Below, in pieces: positions 9,000 to 18,061 of a stretch of 41,486 bases of DNA; position 1 is the stretch's first letter, and every line of letters starts with the position of its first letter. The position numbers and the translations under genes are program-made. The notes beneath the pieces were generated by a model. That model had not been told where the DNA came from, ran no database searches, and saw nothing but the letters and a program-made list of their open reading frames with translations. Location of the stretch: positions 1 to 41,486 of the forward strand of contig JAUWQP010000003.1 in NCBI GenBank assembly GCA_030611015.1, written 5' to 3'. The stretch comes from Chloroflexota bacterium. GTDB lineage: Bacteria > Chloroflexota > Dehalococcoidia > GIF9 > AB-539-J10.

Positions 9000-10985
9000 T
9001 TACCCTGCCAAATCTTCCTGTGCTCTGTGGTACTCCAGCTGCAGCCGCTCCGCCACGACAGTTAGACCGTCCCATTCGTTGGTCAACCGCGCCACCTTTT
9101 TTCTCAGCACCGCATATTCACGATTCACAGCGACTATGTTTTGAGGATCTTCATAATGGGCAGGGTCAGCCATGATGGGTTCGATTTCTTTAATGCGCTC
9201 TGTAATCACAGTCACCTCCTGCTCTATTGCCGCGATACGTTGGTTTATCGGTGATATGACGCGGTAGTATTCGTTTCGGAGACGGGCTTCGAGCGCCTTG
9301 CGCCTGCGCTTTTGCACGGCGGGTGACAGGCCGTGTGGCTGCCGGCCGTGAGACCTGTTCTCTTCCGTATTTGTTACGGCATAGGAAGCAGCACTCTGCT
9401 GTAGATAATCGTCGTAACTGCCAAGGAAAACCGTTATCCGGCCGTCCCGTACCTCGATGATCTTGTTGGCGATCTCCCTGATGAGCATGCGGTCGTGGGT
9501 GATGAAACAGAGGGTCCCTTTGTAGGCATTCAGCGCGTCGGTCAAAATCTCGCGGGATGGTATATCCAGGTGGTTGGTGGGCTCGTCGAGAAGAAGAAAA
9601 TTGGCTGGCCTGATGAGCATCCTGGCGATAGCAACGCGGGTCTTCTCGCCACCGGAGAGCACCGATATATTCTTGGTGACATCGTCGCCACTGAAAAGAA
9701 ATGCCCCCAGCAGCCCACGCAGGCGCTGCTCCGGTTCGTCAGGCGCTGCACTGCGCAATTCTTCAATAATGGAGCTGCGTGGGTTAAGAGATTCTATGTA
9801 ATACTGGGCGAAGTATGCGGTGGTCACATTGTGACCGATTATGCGCTGTCCGCTTTCGAACGGCAGGACACCGGCCAGAATCCGCAGGAGGGTTGTCTTC
9901 CCTGCCCCATTTATACCAACGATGGCGGCGCGGTCACCGCGCTCCAGTGCCAAGTTAAGGTCTCGGTACACAACATGTTGCCCGTAGGACTTGTCAACGT
10001 GCTTGAGTTCGATTACGACGCGGCCGCTCCGTGGAGGCTCTGGAAAGTTGAACTTTATCTTCTTTGTTGAGCGGGGAACTGTAACCCGCTCCATCTTTTC
10101 CAGTTGTTTGATGCGGCTCTGTACTTGTGAAGCCCTGGTGTTTTTGGCGCGGAAGCGCTCAATAAAGCGCATCTGGCGGCCGATTTTGAGTTCCTGCCGC
10201 CGGGCGGCTGCCTGCTGCGTCTTGATATCCTTCTCCCGGGCAAGAACGTAGCTATCATAATTGCCTCGATAAAAGATAACGCCATCGTCCTCGATGGATA
10301 GGATTTTACTCGCAACATTATTGAGAAAAGCGCGGTCATGGGAAGTAACTAGGACTGCGCCGTGATAGCGTTTCAGGTAGTTTTCAAACCAGCGCTGCGT
10401 CTCCAGGTCAAGATAATTCGTCGGTTCATCCAGCAACAGGATATCGGGATTGAGGAACAGAAGCCTGGCCAATTCGATACGTGTCTGCCAGCCGCCACTG
10501 AACTCAGACAGCGCACGTCCGAAATCTGATTCGGCGAAACCCAGCCCGGAGAGGACAATCTTTGCCTCGTGCTCGGAATCGTAGCCGCCCTTCGCCTCGT
10601 AAAGGTGTTGCAGTTCGCCCAGTTCTTTGAGCAAACCGGTTACGGTTTCCTTGTCCTTTTCCTCAGCAAGGCCTTCCTGTATGAGGCGGATCTTGTGGGC
10701 AAGGTCGCTGACGACGTGGGATGAGCTGGAAACGTGCTCCAGCAAAGCCCGTCCCGACGATGTTTGGACATCCTGGCGGAGGTAGCCGATGGCGGTGTCA
10801 CGTCGCAGCGATATGCTGCCGGAATCCGGCATGATGTTACCGGCTATGATTTCGAAAAGAGTGGTCTTTCCGGTGCCGTTCCGTCCGATGACCGCAATGC
10901 GGTCGCTCATGCCGACGTTGAAACTGACCCCGCTGAAAAGTTCCTGATCGCTGTATGACTTGGAGATGCCAGTGACATTGAGCAT
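9000..10985 (-). CDS. ABC-F family ATP-binding protein (two ABC domains, C-terminal coiled coil)
   Basis: Two Walker A (GRNGTGKT, GINGAGKT), FSGGW/LSGGE signatures, two LLLDEPTN; no TM segments. Confidence 0.93.
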   Translation of the reverse strand: MLNVTGISKSYSDQELFSGVSFNVGMSDRIAVIGRNGTGKTTLFEIIAGNIMPDSGSISLRRDTAIGYLRQDVQTSSGRALLEHVSSSSHVVSDLAHKIRLIQEGLAEEKDKETVTGLLKELGELQHLYEAKGGYDSEHEAKIVLSGLGFAESDFGRALSEFSGGWQTRIELARLLFLNPDILLLDEPTNYLDLETQRWFENYLKRYHGAVLVTSHDRAFLNNVASKILSIEDDGVIFYRGNYDSYVLAREKDIKTQQAAARRQELKIGRQMRFIERFRAKNTRASQVQSRIKQLEKMERVTVPRSTKKIKFNFPEPPRSGRVVIELKHVDKSYGQHVVYRDLNLALERGDRAAIVGINGAGKTTLLRILAGVLPFESGQRIIGHNVTTAYFAQYYIESLNPRSSIIEELRSAAPDEPEQRLRGLLGAFLFSGDDVTKNISVLSGGEKTRVAIARMLIRPANFLLLDEPTNHLDIPSREILTDALNAYKGTLCFITHDRMLIREIANKIIEVRDGRITVFLGSYDDYLQQSAASYAVTNTEENRSHGRQPHGLSPAVQKRRRKALEARLRNEYYRVISPINQRIAAIEQEVTVITERIKEIEPIMADPAHYEDPQNIVAVNREYAVLRKKVARLTNEWDGLTVVAERLQLEYHRAQEDLAG

Positions 10986-11440
10986 GTATTCCTCTTACCG
11001 CTATTATTATAATTGGAAGAGTGGGATTAATAAAAGGGAGACTTAAAACGATCATCAGGTATAAATCCAGGTTGGAAACCCACACACGTACAGCGTTCCG
11101 CGAAGCGCCAATTTATCGCTCAACTACACTCGGACGCGTGACGAGAGTGGCTGCCACTTTCACAGTTTTGTGAACTGATAATCAGTCAGATCCTTGCCTA
11201 TAGCCTGAAGTTGACGTTCCCGGATGGGTTGCAAAGCTAAGATCGGAGGAAGCAACTCGGTATTCCTTGGTAAAATGGAATATTGTAGTGGAACGTCATT
11301 TCCTTTAGCGTTGACTTAGCTATGGGGTGTCAAATTTTGGGTTAAGGTGACTGGGAAATAGCGCAATCCGCGAGATTGTTAAGTTACAGAGCACTGCGTC
11401 GCTGTGATGCAGGACGAAGAGGGTAGCCTGCTAAACCTGC

Positions 11441-13324
11441 TTATTCTGCTTGCATTAAAGGTATTACCCACTCAATGCCTAACTCTGCCAGCTTACCCGG
11501 AGAAGGCGAGCCCTGAGGCCAGTCCATCATAGTGTAGTAAAGCTCCTTAGCTTTGCAGAAGGCTTCCCGGTCTGGAGCTACTCCCTGGAGAGGCCCGGAG
11601 GTATGGGGAGTAAAAAAGCGCCGGGGCATATTATCATCGTCGCTGGTGAAGCCCTCCCTTCGGTTAAAAGCTCGTGCCAAAGTGACGGCTCTTTCTCCTA
11701 CCGTCATCAATTCAGAGACACTGGTATTCCAGCCAGTCGCAGCGCTAACCAACTGGGCCGTCCTCTCAAATCCCACTAGACCACTAATCATAATAAAATA
11801 ACAACAGACGGCACAGTTTAAGAAGTGTCTCCATAGAGAATCATAAATGAGCAGCCGTATCTTTGCCGGAGAGAGGTCGCTGGTGGGCAGAGGCTCAAAT
11901 ATGCCTATAGCTTTAAATTGCTCCAATAGTGGGGTAAGACTGGTATAGGCTGAGTCATGCATATTATGCATATGGTCGGCGCCTGTTGGTGACATACTGA
12001 ATCCAACACCCATACCCTGCTTCCAACGAGGTTCATGCATCGGCAACTCTTGGCCCTTTATGTGGAGGGCGAATTCTTCAGTCGCTGGTCCTATTTTCTT
12101 CGCTGCCCGTGCTACACCCTCCGCCAGTAAAGCTCCCAGGCCCTGACGCAGAGCAATCTGCTCAATCATTTGTAGCAATGCCGGTCCATTGCCGAAGCGG
12201 AGGTCTAGTCCTCCAGTATCCCGCGGCGTCAGGAGACCGTGTTCAAAGCACTCCATAACAAAGGCGATAACACTGCCACAGGATATACTATCCAGGCCGT
12301 AAGCAGCGGTCAGTTCATTGCCTTTAGCGATAACTTTCAAGTCACCTATGCCACAGTTGGAGCCCAGAGCAGCTAGTGTTTCATACTCTGGACCTCCATA
12401 GTGGGGGTCAACTGTATAGGGCTTATCCACCTTTACTTCTCGTTTGCACTGAACAGGGCACGCAAAGCAACTTCTCCTCCTCAGCAAGATGGTGTCCCTC
12501 ATAGTTTCGCCACTTATACTGTCGGCTTTGTCAAATGAGCCCTTCTGAAAGTTACAGGTTGGCAAACCTCCCTGCTGGTTCAAAGGTGTAACAACCGAGG
12601 CTGTGCCTAGGTCCCGCATTCTCTTATTGTTTATTGGGGCGTTGTTCCTGATCCACCGAGCGATATCGGCCACGGCCTGTGAGTCGGCCAGAGAAAGACG
12701 CTGGTGACCTCGGCAAGCCACTGCTTTTAGGTTCTTGGAACCCATAACCGCCCCCATACCGGTTCTGCCAGCAAAAGCATCTAAATCATTCACCACGCAG
12801 GCGAAGCGAACCTGGTTCTCCCCGGCGGGTCCAATTTGAGCTACCTTTATTCCCGGGTCACCTAGCTCTTCACGGATGGCATTCTGGCACTCTAAAGTCT
12901 TTAGCCCCCAGAGGTGGCGAGCGTCCTTAATCTTAGCTTCTCCATCTCGGATGAAAAGGTAGACAGGCTTTTCTGCCTTACCCTCCACAATTATGGCATC
13001 GAAGCCAGCCATTTTGAGTTCGGCTCCCCAGTAGCCTCCGGCCTCAGCTTCGCCAAATCCTCCTGTGAGGGGTGACTTGCCACCCACGCTATGGCGGCCA
13101 CAGCCTCCTACTGGCACTCCTGTCAGCGGACCCGCGGCAAAGATGAGCTTATTGTTGGGACTAAGGGGTTCCACACCCCGCTGGAGTTCGTTAAGCAAAA
13201 AGTATCCTACAAAGCTCTCGCCGCCAAAATATTGGCGGTAGAAATTCTCTGGAGGCTCCTCAACAGTTAAGCTCTCCGAGGAGAGATTAACTCGCAAAAT
13301 CTTGCCGATATATCCATATGGCAT
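11441..13324 (-). CDS. aor: Tungsten-type aldehyde:ferredoxin oxidoreductase family protein
   Basis: GYIGKILRVNLS, KSPLTGG, GRTGMGAVMGSKNLKA, CFACPVQC, GPEYET, GLDSIS, GADH; start set at ATG 13324 (MPYGY) after aggag. Confidence 0.9.
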   Translation of the reverse strand: MPYGYIGKILRVNLSSESLTVEEPPENFYRQYFGGESFVGYFLLNELQRGVEPLSPNNKLIFAAGPLTGVPVGGCGRHSVGGKSPLTGGFGEAEAGGYWGAELKMAGFDAIIVEGKAEKPVYLFIRDGEAKIKDARHLWGLKTLECQNAIREELGDPGIKVAQIGPAGENQVRFACVVNDLDAFAGRTGMGAVMGSKNLKAVACRGHQRLSLADSQAVADIARWIRNNAPINNKRMRDLGTASVVTPLNQQGGLPTCNFQKGSFDKADSISGETMRDTILLRRRSCFACPVQCKREVKVDKPYTVDPHYGGPEYETLAALGSNCGIGDLKVIAKGNELTAAYGLDSISCGSVIAFVMECFEHGLLTPRDTGGLDLRFGNGPALLQMIEQIALRQGLGALLAEGVARAAKKIGPATEEFALHIKGQELPMHEPRWKQGMGVGFSMSPTGADHMHNMHDSAYTSLTPLLEQFKAIGIFEPLPTSDLSPAKIRLLIYDSLWRHFLNCAVCCYFIMISGLVGFERTAQLVSAATGWNTSVSELMTVGERAVTLARAFNRREGFTSDDDNMPRRFFTPHTSGPLQGVAPDREAFCKAKELYYTMMDWPQGSPSPGKLAELGIEWVIPLMQAE

Positions 13325-13737
13325 GCTCGTTCTCCTGGTAATCTCTATTGAGGCAACTGGCTCGAATGCCGTGCACCATATTTGTGAGCCGTCGGGAACT
13401 TTACTGTAATAAATATACCACAATCAAAGGTAATTTGCAGGGATTGAACAAAGAACCATTTTGTTTAGTTCCTCGTTCTGCATTAACTGAGACAAACGGG
13501 TGTACAATGCAGCAGGTTGTTAATTTTGCCTCTATGACATCTGAGGTTGATGTGGACCGAGAAATGGAGCCGCGGCGAGACTTACCCCTTAATAAGCTAC
13601 TTGACAATCTGAGCTCTTCTTTATACGGTGTCTTCCGAGCAAGATTACAAAGACGAAATTGAACTTATTAGTTGCCTGATTGATCAGGATTGGTTGCCCA
13701 CTGAGTCGGCCCACCCAATAGATTAGGCAGCCACATT

Positions 13738-15024
13738 TTAAGGGCACGTCTGGTCAACCGGTTGAACTGTGGCGCTGACTTGGGGAGTGGTTACCGCCAA
13801 TAGTATGGCGGCAACGGCAAGGCCGGTAAACACAAACCATATGGGCTGGTAACTATGCCACTTATCAAATACCCATCCGGCTAGGGGTGGGCCAGCTATA
13901 CTTCCCACCATCATTATGCCTATCACGAGGCCGTGGATGGCCCCGAAGTTGCCTCTACCAAAGAATTCCCTTATCGCAGAGCCCCTCAATGTGTTGTTGC
14001 CTCCGTAACCAATACCGAAAAGAATGAGGAAAGGCACAAGCAACCAGCTAGCTTCAGAGGAAGCAAATGCAAAACAGAGTAGGCCCCCACACATCATAGC
14101 GAAGGCAGCAGCCATCACTCGTCTCTTGTCAAGTCTATCTCCAAGCCAGCCCAAGCCAAGGCGACCGCCAATGCTTGTCAATGGGATAGCCATGGCTATA
14201 AGGCCGGACTTTGTCCTGGCGATGCCAACGCTGTAGAGATAGGGCATTACATGCATAACCACGGTACTTACCATCATCGTCTGACACAGCAATGCCAGCG
14301 CTATGTGCCAGAATGTGCGGCTCTTGAGAGCCTGCCTCGCTTTGATATTTACTTCGGCAGATTCGGCCGGAAGCGGGCAGTCATCCAATTTCAAATCCTC
14401 ATTTACTGCGCCATCAGGCTGATAGCCATATTGTTCGGGCTTATGCCTCACCAAAAGAGACAGCGGCAGGCATACAGCCAGCAGACCTATAGCGAGGATG
14501 GCGATCGTCATCCTCCACTCATACCTATCAATAAGATTAACCATGACTGGAACCAACAAGCCACTACATCCGTAGCCACAAATCATGATTCCCATGGCTA
14601 TGCCTATTTTCTTACGGAACCAATTGGCAACTGCCGTCATCAACACTGTACCGCTACAAGCACTCATGCCTGTGGCCAATAGTACGAAGGCTCCGTAGAA
14701 CATGCCCAGGGAGGCAACACGACTCAGGAGTATCAAACCCAGGCTGGTAATGATTGCTCCGCTGAATAGGAGTCTTCTTGGCCCCAACCGGTCAACAAGC
14801 ATCCCAACTAAAGGGGCAAGAAGGCCCGCCTCCAGGCCGCGTAGCGAGGCGGCAAGTGAAATTTGCGCATAGCTCCAACCAAATTCGTCCGCTAGAGGTT
14901 CAAAGATGGCAGTGAACCCATAGAAGATAACTCCACCCGTGTATAGTGAAATAAAGAAGCATGCGACAACAACCCACCATCCGTAGAATATCCGACGTGG
15001 CTTCCGATCTAAATCCAAAGGCAT
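13738..15024 (-). CDS. MFS transporter (oxalate/formate antiporter-like / monocarboxylate type)
   Basis: About 12 hydrophobic segments; IFYGWWVV, motif A GMLVDRLGPRR and GWLGDRLDKRR. Confidence 0.88.
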   Translation of the reverse strand: MPLDLDRKPRRIFYGWWVVVACFFISLYTGGVIFYGFTAIFEPLADEFGWSYAQISLAASLRGLEAGLLAPLVGMLVDRLGPRRLLFSGAIITSLGLILLSRVASLGMFYGAFVLLATGMSACSGTVLMTAVANWFRKKIGIAMGIMICGYGCSGLLVPVMVNLIDRYEWRMTIAILAIGLLAVCLPLSLLVRHKPEQYGYQPDGAVNEDLKLDDCPLPAESAEVNIKARQALKSRTFWHIALALLCQTMMVSTVVMHVMPYLYSVGIARTKSGLIAMAIPLTSIGGRLGLGWLGDRLDKRRVMAAAFAMMCGGLLCFAFASSEASWLLVPFLILFGIGYGGNNTLRGSAIREFFGRGNFGAIHGLVIGIMMVGSIAGPPLAGWVFDKWHSYQPIWFVFTGLAVAAILLAVTTPQVSATVQPVDQTCP

Positions 15025-15353
15025 AGCGTGAGGTTCTCTATCTTTAATGGTTCTGGAGAATAGTCCTTTGGTGCAAAGCTCTTCAAATGTAAATGCACCG
15101 ATGTAATCCTCGATGCTATCATAAATGTATGGAGTGTGTAAAATCCACGTTCCAATTGAGTAGGACAGGCTCTCCCTAGCCCCTACCTAGTCCGCGGGAG
15201 TTAAATTTGAGTGAAACCAGCGATGTTTGTGTAAATGACTGTGAAATTTCTCGAGATTCCTGATGTGTTTTGAGTGTAGTATTCCAAATACACCATCAAC
15301 AGAAGTGTAGCTCAGTACATCACCTTTGTTCTTGCTCCTGTACAAGCCTGGGC

Positions 15354-16016
15354 TTATTTTACTATAACTTTAATCAAGATGTCGCCGGGCGAGCCATCGC
15401 TTATCTGGCGAGCATTCCTCAATCTCACCACGCTGCCCGTCCTCACCCCGGCGGAAATCTTTACCTCCAGCCTTTTCCCTCTTCTTTTTAATATCTTCCT
15501 TCTCCCCTGCAAAGCCTCTTGCTGGCTAATTGCGAGCTCATAGCGAACATCCTGAGTTCTTCGAGCCTGGCCAAATATTTCATCCAGGTTGATTTCTTGC
15601 CCCGGCCAGATTTGAAATCTCACTCCGGCAGGCCTGCCACTGAAGCTTCTAAAGGAGAAAGAAGAGCCTCTGCCGTTCAAGAAATCGCCAAATATGTCGT
15701 CATGGAAATCAAATCTCAAGCCAGCTCCGCCGAAGTCCTTCATCATTTCCTCGAAAGTGGTTCGGGTGAAAGGACTGCTAAAGACGTCGCCTATTTCGCC
15801 TACAGTGCCAAATTGGTCGTACTGCTTTCTTTTTTGAGGGTCACCAAGGACTCCGTAAGCCTCGCTTATCCCCTTGAATTTCTCATTAGCCCATTTTTCT
15901 TTCCCGGGATTGCGATCGGGATGATATTGCATGGCCAGTTTCCGATAGGCCTTCTTGATTTCTGCATCCGAGGCGTTTCTTGGTAGGCCTAAAATCCCAT
16001 AATAATCCTTAGCCAT
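15354..16016 (-). CDS. J-domain protein (DnaJ/CbpA-like, short C-terminal domain, no Zn finger)
   Basis: [40 protein letters not shown]-rich linker, partial CTD. Confidence 0.88.
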   Translation of the reverse strand: MAKDYYGILGLPRNASDAEIKKAYRKLAMQYHPDRNPGKEKWANEKFKGISEAYGVLGDPQKRKQYDQFGTVGEIGDVFSSPFTRTTFEEMMKDFGGAGLRFDFHDDIFGDFLNGRGSSFSFRSFSGRPAGVRFQIWPGQEINLDEIFGQARRTQDVRYELAISQQEALQGRRKILKRRGKRLEVKISAGVRTGSVVRLRNARQISDGSPGDILIKVIVK

Positions 16017-16164
16017 TTAAGCTTGCTGTCCTAACCAGTCGGGAGTCTGAGGCAATTGCCAGAATTTTGCTGTCTATCTGCTCCCCAACATTCGTAAAAA
16101 TCATAGCAAAGCGGCGACATTAGCGTTGATTATCGCCTATTCTTTTCTCTGGAGGAAGGAATTT

Positions 16165-16194
16165 TTGACAAAACGATCTTTTCCTTGCTATAGT
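16165..16194 (+). promoter_or_regulatory. Sigma70 promoter of the Wood-Ljungdahl operon
   Basis: TTGACA (16165-16170), 18-bp spacer, TGc-TATAGT (extended -10, 16186-16194). Confidence 0.7.
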
Positions 16195-16242
16195 ACGTTG
16201 GTTTACTCAGGATACTGCACTGATAAACCGGAGGTGTTCGAT

Positions 16243-17130
16243 ACGGTTATCATAGGTGAAAACATACATGTAATAGCTCAGGCAGTTTCCACAGCGATAA
16301 GGGAAAGAGACGCCAAAGTAATCCAGGATTTAGCTAAAGCCCAAGCTGAAGCTGGGGCCGATTACATTGATTTGAATGTTGGCCCTATGAAGAAAGACCC
16401 TGAAGAAAATATACAGTGGCTTGTCAGCACTGTTCAAGAAGTTGCCGATTTACCTTTATCCATAGATACTATGAATCCTGTAGCTATGGAGGCAGGTCTA
16501 AAAGCTTGCCAGAAAAGACCTTTGCTCAACTCTGCTTCAGGGAAGGCTGACTCCAAAGAACAAATGATTCCGTTAGCCCGAAAATATAACTGCGATGTGG
16601 TAATTTCGGTGATGACGGATAAGGGGATGCCTCCCGATGTTGAGTCCAAGGTAGAGAGTATTATGGACACGGTGACCTATGCCAATGAATTAGGGATTCC
16701 CAGCGAAGACATCTGGGTTGACCCCATAATTCTTCCCGTGAGTACCGCTGGTGAGGGGCAGAGGTTTGCCGTAGCCTGCTTGGAATTTATGAAGATACTT
16801 GAGGATGTTTTGCCCGGAGTTAAATCCACAGTGGGGCTTTCCAATGTATCTAACGGAGTGCCCGGTGAACTCAGGCCGCTCCTGAACCGCACCTATCTGG
16901 TTATGCTGGAGAAGAATAAGCTTTATTCTGCTATCGCTGACCCTTTGGATAAGGAACTTATGAGCTTGACTAGGAGAGAGATACCGGAAATTGTCGAGCT
17001 TATTCATAAGACCATGGACGGGGAGGATATAGATCTCTCCGTCCTACCTCAAAGAGAACTCGAGTATGTTAAGACAGCTAAGGTTCTCATGGGAGAGACC
17101 TTGTACTCCGATGCCTGGCTGGAAAGTTAA
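16243..17130 (+). CDS. acsE: Methyltetrahydrofolate:corrinoid/Fe-S protein methyltransferase (pterin-binding TIM barrel); start uncertain (ACG 16243 or GTG 16234)
   Basis: IIGENI, ADYIDLNVG, LPLSIDT, LLNSASG, WVDPII, GLSNVSNG; first gene of the acs/cdh cluster. Confidence 0.85.
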   Translation, partial: TVIIGENIHVIAQAVSTAIRERDAKVIQDLAKAQAEAGADYIDLNVGPMKKDPEENIQWLVSTVQEVADLPLSIDTMNPVAMEAGLKACQKRPLLNSASGKADSKEQMIPLARKYNCDVVISVMTDKGMPPDVESKVESIMDTVTYANELGIPSEDIWVDPIILPVSTAGEGQRFAVACLEFMKILEDVLPGVKSTVGLSNVSNGVPGELRPLLNRTYLVMLEKNKLYSAIADPLDKELMSLTRREIPEIVELIHKTMDGEDIDLSVLPQRELEYVKTAKVLMGETLYSDAWLES

Positions 17131-17143
17131 GGAGGGGAAAGAT

Positions 17144-18061
17144 ATGGAATATAAAGCACCAGTTGAAGCATATACTGGGGTAGTTAGAGAGGTAACTATT
17201 GGAAAAGGAAGGAAGAGCTTGAAGATTGGGGGGGAGAATATCCTCCCCCTTCATTTCTTTGACCAGGGATCAAATCCTAATCCCGTAAAGTATGCCCTGG
17301 AAGTCCTTGATATGGAACCTCAGGATTGGCCGGAACACCTCATTCAGCCTTTCAAAGATGTGCTAGGCGACTCAGTAAGATGGGCTAAGAAATGCCAGGA
17401 ACTTGGCGCAGATGCAGTGTTTCTTCGTCTTGTAAGCACCGACCCGGCAGTGAAGGATAGTTCTGCGGACGGAGCGGCAGCCATGGCAAAAAGGGTGGCC
17501 GAGGCTATAAACATTCCCCTAATCATTTATGGCTCCGGGGATGATAAGAAAGATGCCGAGGTCCTGCCCAAAGTTGCCGAGGCTTGCGATGGCATGAATC
17601 TCCTTATAGGACCGGTTCAAAAGGAAAACTATGAGAAGGTAGGGAAGGCGCTCTTAGACCACGGACACAATGCTAGCGCTCTAAGTCCTCTGGACATCAA
17701 TTTGCTAAAGGAACTAAATGTGAAACTTTGCAAGTTTTTCCCCGCTGAAAAGATAGTTATTGATCCTGAATCCGCAACAGTAGGCTATGGTATGGAATAC
17801 GCCTTTTCTCTGATGGAAAGGGTGAAGCAGATTGGGATAATCACCAAGGATAATATGACAATGATGCCCATTATCGCTGACCTAGGGGGGGAGTGCTGGA
17901 AAACAAAACAGGCTAAGGAAAACAAAGAACAAGGGTTGCTTTGGGAAGGAATAACAGCGCTATCGCTTCTCCTGGCGGGGGCAAATATCCTTGTCTTAAG
18001 ACATCCCGAGAGCATAAACTTAGTCAAAGAAACCATAGGAGGTGAACTATGGCAGAAGTAA
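17144..18061 (+). CDS. acsD: Corrinoid Fe-S protein small subunit (CODH/ACS delta)
   Basis: IGGENILP, DINLLKELN, IVIDP, GYGMEY, WEGITA, LLAGANILVLRHP; start set at ATG 17144 after ggagggg; 305 aa. Confidence 0.92.
   Translation: MEYKAPVEAYTGVVREVTIGKGRKSLKIGGENILPLHFFDQGSNPNPVKYALEVLDMEPQDWPEHLIQPFKDVLGDSVRWAKKCQELGADAVFLRLVSTDPAVKDSSADGAAAMAKRVAEAINIPLIIYGSGDDKKDAEVLPKVAEACDGMNLLIGPVQKENYEKVGKALLDHGHNASALSPLDINLLKELNVKLCKFFPAEKIVIDPESATVGYGMEYAFSLMERVKQIGIITKDNMTMMPIIADLGGECWKTKQAKENKEQGLLWEGITALSLLLAGANILVLRHPESINLVKETIGGELWQK

Noticed and set aside
11159-11174. Possible Rex operator
   Set aside because: Half-sites are in the opposite order (TTCACA-n4-TGTGAA) to the Rex consensus TTGTGAA-n4-TTCACAA
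13325-13737. Moco/tungsten-cofactor riboswitch upstream of aor
   Set aside because: Only a short ggctc/gagcc stem is visible and the predicted leader is short; no recognisable riboswitch architecture (an Rfam scan would be decisive)
15270-15354. J-domain gene as a truncated dnaJ/cbpA pseudogene
   Set aside because: Sequence after the stop shows no convincing continuation of the C-terminal domain; the HPD motif and ORF are intact
16126-16233. N-terminal extension of AcsE in the ORF track
   Set aside because: Overlaps the predicted promoter and is not homologous to AcsE
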